This document shows, piece after piece, positions 9,410-11,816 of a stretch of DNA of 11,816 bases (position 1 is its first letter; each line of letters starts with the position of its first letter). The DNA is from Candidatus Acetothermia bacterium (lineage in GTDB: Bacteria > Bipolaricaulota > Bipolaricaulia > M55B111): the NCBI GenBank assembly GCA_046543235.1, contig JBKGZT010000042.1:1-11816 (forward strand). Direction: 5' to 3'. The notes beneath the pieces are model-generated. The model did not search any database. It was given only the letters and a program-made list of their open reading frames with translations, and was not told the DNA's origin. The translations under genes were made by a program, and so were the position numbers.

Positions 9410-9847
9410 GTGAAAAGCGTTAGACAGATCAAGGAGGTCCTTGGACTCGACACCATTCACCAGGCAAGAAATCGGATCAAGGCGGTCGAGGAGGTAATTC
9501 AGCCGTACATGAAACGGGGGGAGAACAACGAGATACTTGTCGGTCAGGAAGGTGTAACGATTCTCTCTCGTCTACAAGATTTGTACGAAAGCGGATTACT
9601 CCTATCCGAAGCCGCAGAGGTAATCAGATCAGATGCGAGTCCTGATGAAATACAAGGGTATGATACGGATTCTTATAGTACCGAACAAGACCAGATAAAA
9701 CAGGATCTCGACTTCGTGGAGTACCTCAGAGAAGAAATTCAATTTCAGCGAGAGTTAATTATCGAACTGGCCGACCAGACGCCGACGGGAGAAACCAAGA
9801 AGAAGGCCGGAAGCGAGAAAGAGATGTGGTGGACGGATTGGTTATGA
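9410..9847 (+). CDS. Hypothetical DNA-binding protein: MerR-like HTH, linker, coiled coil and Trp-rich C-terminal tail (145 aa)
   Basis: GTG at 9410 with AGGAGGT 7 nt upstream. 'SVRQIKEVLGL..HQARNRI' is HTH-like, 'KRGENNEILV' is wing-like and 'ILSRLQDLYESGLLLSEAAEVI' resembles MerR helices 3/4. Heptad-like 'LDFVEYLREEIQFQRELIIEL' and tail 'KKKAGSEKEMWWTDWL'. Confidence 0.65.
   Translation: MKSVRQIKEVLGLDTIHQARNRIKAVEEVIQPYMKRGENNEILVGQEGVTILSRLQDLYESGLLLSEAAEVIRSDASPDEIQGYDTDSYSTEQDQIKQDLDFVEYLREEIQFQRELIIELADQTPTGETKKKAGSEKEMWWTDWL
9642..9706 (+). repeat. Intragenic degenerate pentamer array (NNNAY)13
   Basis: CTGAT GAAAT ACAAG GGTAT GATAC GGATT CTTAT AGTAC CGAAC AAGAC CAGAT AAAAC AGGAT. 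Eleven of the 13 consecutive pentamers end in AC or AT. Confidence 0.6.
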
Positions 9848-9875
9848 AGGACGAAACCGAACAACGGTGATATAG

Positions 9876-10652
9876 ATGAAGTTTACGGTTCCCACCAGGA
9901 GCAACACCAAGCTTAAGAAAGCGATCAAGTCCATCCAGGATAACGGGCGGTTAAACGGCATCTGGACGGTTGCCAACGTAAACGCCGTCGATCGAATGGG
10001 GATCAACGACCACGGTCCGGTACATTCCAAGATCGTTGCCAATTCGGCCTTAAGGATGTTTCGCCTCATCACCGGTAGCGGCGCGACGCCTAGTATAGTG
10101 AAGGCACATGGCATGACGGAACACGACGCCGAGGTAGTTATCGTACTGGCCTCCGTATTACACGATCTAGGCCACGCAGTTCATCGAGTGCATCACGAGG
10201 AGTTCGGAATTGGCATAGCCGAATCCTTGATCCCGGGAATATTGGAAGATATATATGAAGGGTACGAACTGGGTATCATAGAAGGGGAAATACTTCATGC
10301 ATGCTACGCTCACGACACCGAAATGGAGACCCTGACCCTCGAAGCGGGGACGGTCAAGGTTGCAGACGCCCTAGACATGGAACAGGGACGAGCTAGAATT
10401 CCGTTCAGCGAGGGGGATCTGACGATTCACTCGGTTTCTGCGACCGCAATAGAAGAAGTTACGATTAAAAAAGGCAGTAAGAAGCCGGTCAACATAATCA
10501 TCGAGATGTCTAACTCGGCCGGGATCTTTCAGCTAGACAACTTGTTTAAACCAAAACTCGAGCATTCGGGTATAAGGGAGTACATAGAGGTAAACGTGGA
10601 AGTAGGGGAAAAGGAGTCGGAGAAAAAAATAATTGAGGATTATCAGTTTTGA
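9876..10652 (+). CDS. HD-domain metal-dependent phosphohydrolase (COG3294-like)
   Basis: 'NDHGPVH', 'LHDLGH' (HD motif), 'HEEFG', 'YAHD', 'VADALDMEQGRARIP', 'IHSVSA' and 'NSAGIFQ'. GGTGAT RBS. Confidence 0.88.
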   Translation: MKFTVPTRSNTKLKKAIKSIQDNGRLNGIWTVANVNAVDRMGINDHGPVHSKIVANSALRMFRLITGSGATPSIVKAHGMTEHDAEVVIVLASVLHDLGHAVHRVHHEEFGIGIAESLIPGILEDIYEGYELGIIEGEILHACYAHDTEMETLTLEAGTVKVADALDMEQGRARIPFSEGDLTIHSVSATAIEEVTIKKGSKKPVNIIIEMSNSAGIFQLDNLFKPKLEHSGIREYIEVNVEVGEKESEKKIIEDYQF

Positions 10653-10699
10653 CCTGAACTACTCTTGGTATATCCCTAAAATTGGGGGCTTCACCATAT

Positions 10700-10727
10700 T
10701 TTTAACAAAAGGTATCTTATGTTAAAA
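10700..10727. other. dif-like Xer/tyrosine recombinase site (11-6-11)
   Basis: TTTTAACAAAA-GGTATC-TTATGTTAAAA. The right arm matches the E. coli XerD arm TTATGTTAAAT at 10/11 positions, and the left arm is a near-perfect inverted copy of the right arm. The site is intergenic. Confidence 0.75.
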
Positions 10728-10801
10728 ATCCGACGTACGTCCTTTTTCCGGCAAACGCGTGTAGTTGTTCGGATCATATAAGGCTTTAAAATAAAATAAG
10801 C

Positions 10802-10938
10802 TTATTTGGTCTTCGCCCCTAACTTGGGTTCTTCTCCATAAAAGGGGAGAAGAAATAAAAAGTTTCTCAGGTGTTCATTTCTCCCCTGGGGGGAGAAAGA
10901 AAGAATGAGGGGGAACGGGGCGAAAAAAGGCAAAATAA
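10802..10938. repeat. Nested inverted repeats (closing stem enclosing two 9-bp hairpins)
   Basis: TTCGCCCC (10812-10819) with GGGGCGAA (10917-10924), extendable imperfectly to 10802/10938. TTCTTCTCC with GGAGAAGAA (10829-10854). TTTCTCCCC with GGGGAGAAA (10878-10898). Confidence 0.65.
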
Positions 10939-10958
10939 CTCCAAATTAGGTAAAAATC

Positions 10959-11582
10959 ATGAGTTTAGAGCTGACGCAGGAAGATTTCATGACTGAGCGA
11001 CAAATTAAGCGGCTGAAGGAGACCCTTCGGGGGGCAGCAAGGGAGGGCAGGGAAAAAGGCAAATATATCCCTGTGAGAGACTGGTGTATTTTGCATATCG
11101 CGCTAGACGCAGGATTGCGGGTTTCGGAGATCTGTGATCTGAAAATCGGCGACTTACTGATAAATCAGGGCAACTCTTCAATTATCGTCCGCAGCGGCAA
11201 AGGAGACAAGAAGCGGGGGGTCTCAATCGGCAATGAACTTAAGAATCACCTCAAAGAGTACATCCAGTGGAAGGAAGTCCACAACGAGCCAACCGGTGAC
11301 GATGACTTCCTGTTCCTATCACCAAGCGGGGAATCGGATCGTTTAAGTCGACAGGCCGTTTATCACGTCTTTAAGCGGTGGGCCAAACGAGCGGGCCTGC
11401 CGGAACGGTTCTCCATCCATTCCTGCAGGCATACCTATGCCTCGATGCTTTACAAATCAAGCGACTACAACCTCAGGTTGGTCCAATCCCAGCTCGGCCA
11501 CTCCTCAATTCAGACTACCCAGGTCTACGCGGACGTCTTAAACGAGGACGCAGAAAGAGCCGTCAACGATCTACCTCAATAG
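10959..11582 (+). CDS. Tyrosine recombinase (XerC/XerD/FimB-like), short form with essentially only the catalytic domain
   Basis: Complete catalytic set: R in 'AGLRVSE', K in 'GKGDK', HxxR in 'HSCRHT', H in 'LGH', Y in 'TTQVY'. Only about 50 aa precede the catalytic Arg, leaving no room for an N-terminal SAM-like core-binding domain. Confidence 0.92.
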   Translation: MSLELTQEDFMTERQIKRLKETLRGAAREGREKGKYIPVRDWCILHIALDAGLRVSEICDLKIGDLLINQGNSSIIVRSGKGDKKRGVSIGNELKNHLKEYIQWKEVHNEPTGDDDFLFLSPSGESDRLSRQAVYHVFKRWAKRAGLPERFSIHSCRHTYASMLYKSSDYNLRLVQSQLGHSSIQTTQVYADVLNEDAERAVNDLPQ

Positions 11583-11602
11583 AATCTTTTTTTCCTCTCA
11601 TT

Positions 11603-11673
11603 TAGGGACCACAGAAGCAAAAAGGGATTAGTAAGGTTTTTTATGGATCCCTTTGGTTCCGTCTAGGTCCCTA
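11603..11673. repeat. Long imperfect inverted repeat downstream of the recombinase (terminator-like or recombination-related)
   Basis: TAGGGACC (11603-11610) with GGTCCCTA (11666-11673), enclosing AAAGGGAT (11621-11628) with ATCCCTTT (11647-11654). Confidence 0.55.
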
Positions 11674-11816
11674 TCAATCTCCCGGTACAACCCTGTGCAG
11701 GGGGAATTGTTCCTCAAATAAATATGAGGCTTCAACGATCCATAATACGGTCGGCTTGGCTGCATAGTGTAGCGCTTTGTGTGTAAAAAACAGCTTTGGA
11801 AACCGTTCGACAAAAC

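Noticed and set aside
9842-10114. 90-aa minus-strand ORF
   Set aside because: Antisense shadow of the HD hydrolase gene.
3224-11052. KOPS-like GGGNAGGG octamers (3224-3231 and 11045-11052) as support for dif polarity
   Set aside because: Both are on the plus strand on either side of the site, so they show no polarity switch. Two sites are too few, and KOPS is lineage-specific.
11720-11767. Plus-strand frame ending '...VGLAA*', reminiscent of a tmRNA tag
   Set aside because: No tmRNA 5' acceptor-stem sequence or resume-codon context is visible upstream, so it is likely chance.
11378-11813. ORFs 11378-11605 (+) and 11628-11813 (-)
   Set aside because: The first is an alternate frame of the recombinase gene. 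The second has no recognisable motif and reaches the window edge, so it cannot be supported, although it could be the tail of a gene outside the window.

Overview
This is a bacterial chromosomal segment: it has a bacterial-type aspS with a GAD insert and sigma70-like promoters. The proteome is strongly acidic and halophile-like, with several archaeal-type genes. From left to right it contains: a minus-strand operon (PadR regulator, secreted hypothetical protein, MacB/LolD-type ABC ATPase, FtsX/MacB-type permease) with palindromic operator candidates over its promoter; a divergent HAD phosphatase and DUF1028 gene pair; aspS; and an archaeal-type Cdc48/VAT AAA+ ATPase. A divergent block follows, with an uncharacterised HTH/coiled-coil/Trp-tail protein, a COG3294-type HD hydrolase, a near-symmetric 28-bp dif-like site, a highly foldable spacer and a short tyrosine recombinase that appears to be catalytic-domain only. 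The most notable signals are (i) the dif-like site about 230 bp upstream of the minimal recombinase, with hairpin arrays on both sides of that gene, and (ii) a 5-bp-periodic DNA array inside the gene for the HTH protein, whose architecture resembles RocS, RacA and pSK1 Par. All calls come from reading motifs by eye; no database searches were run.
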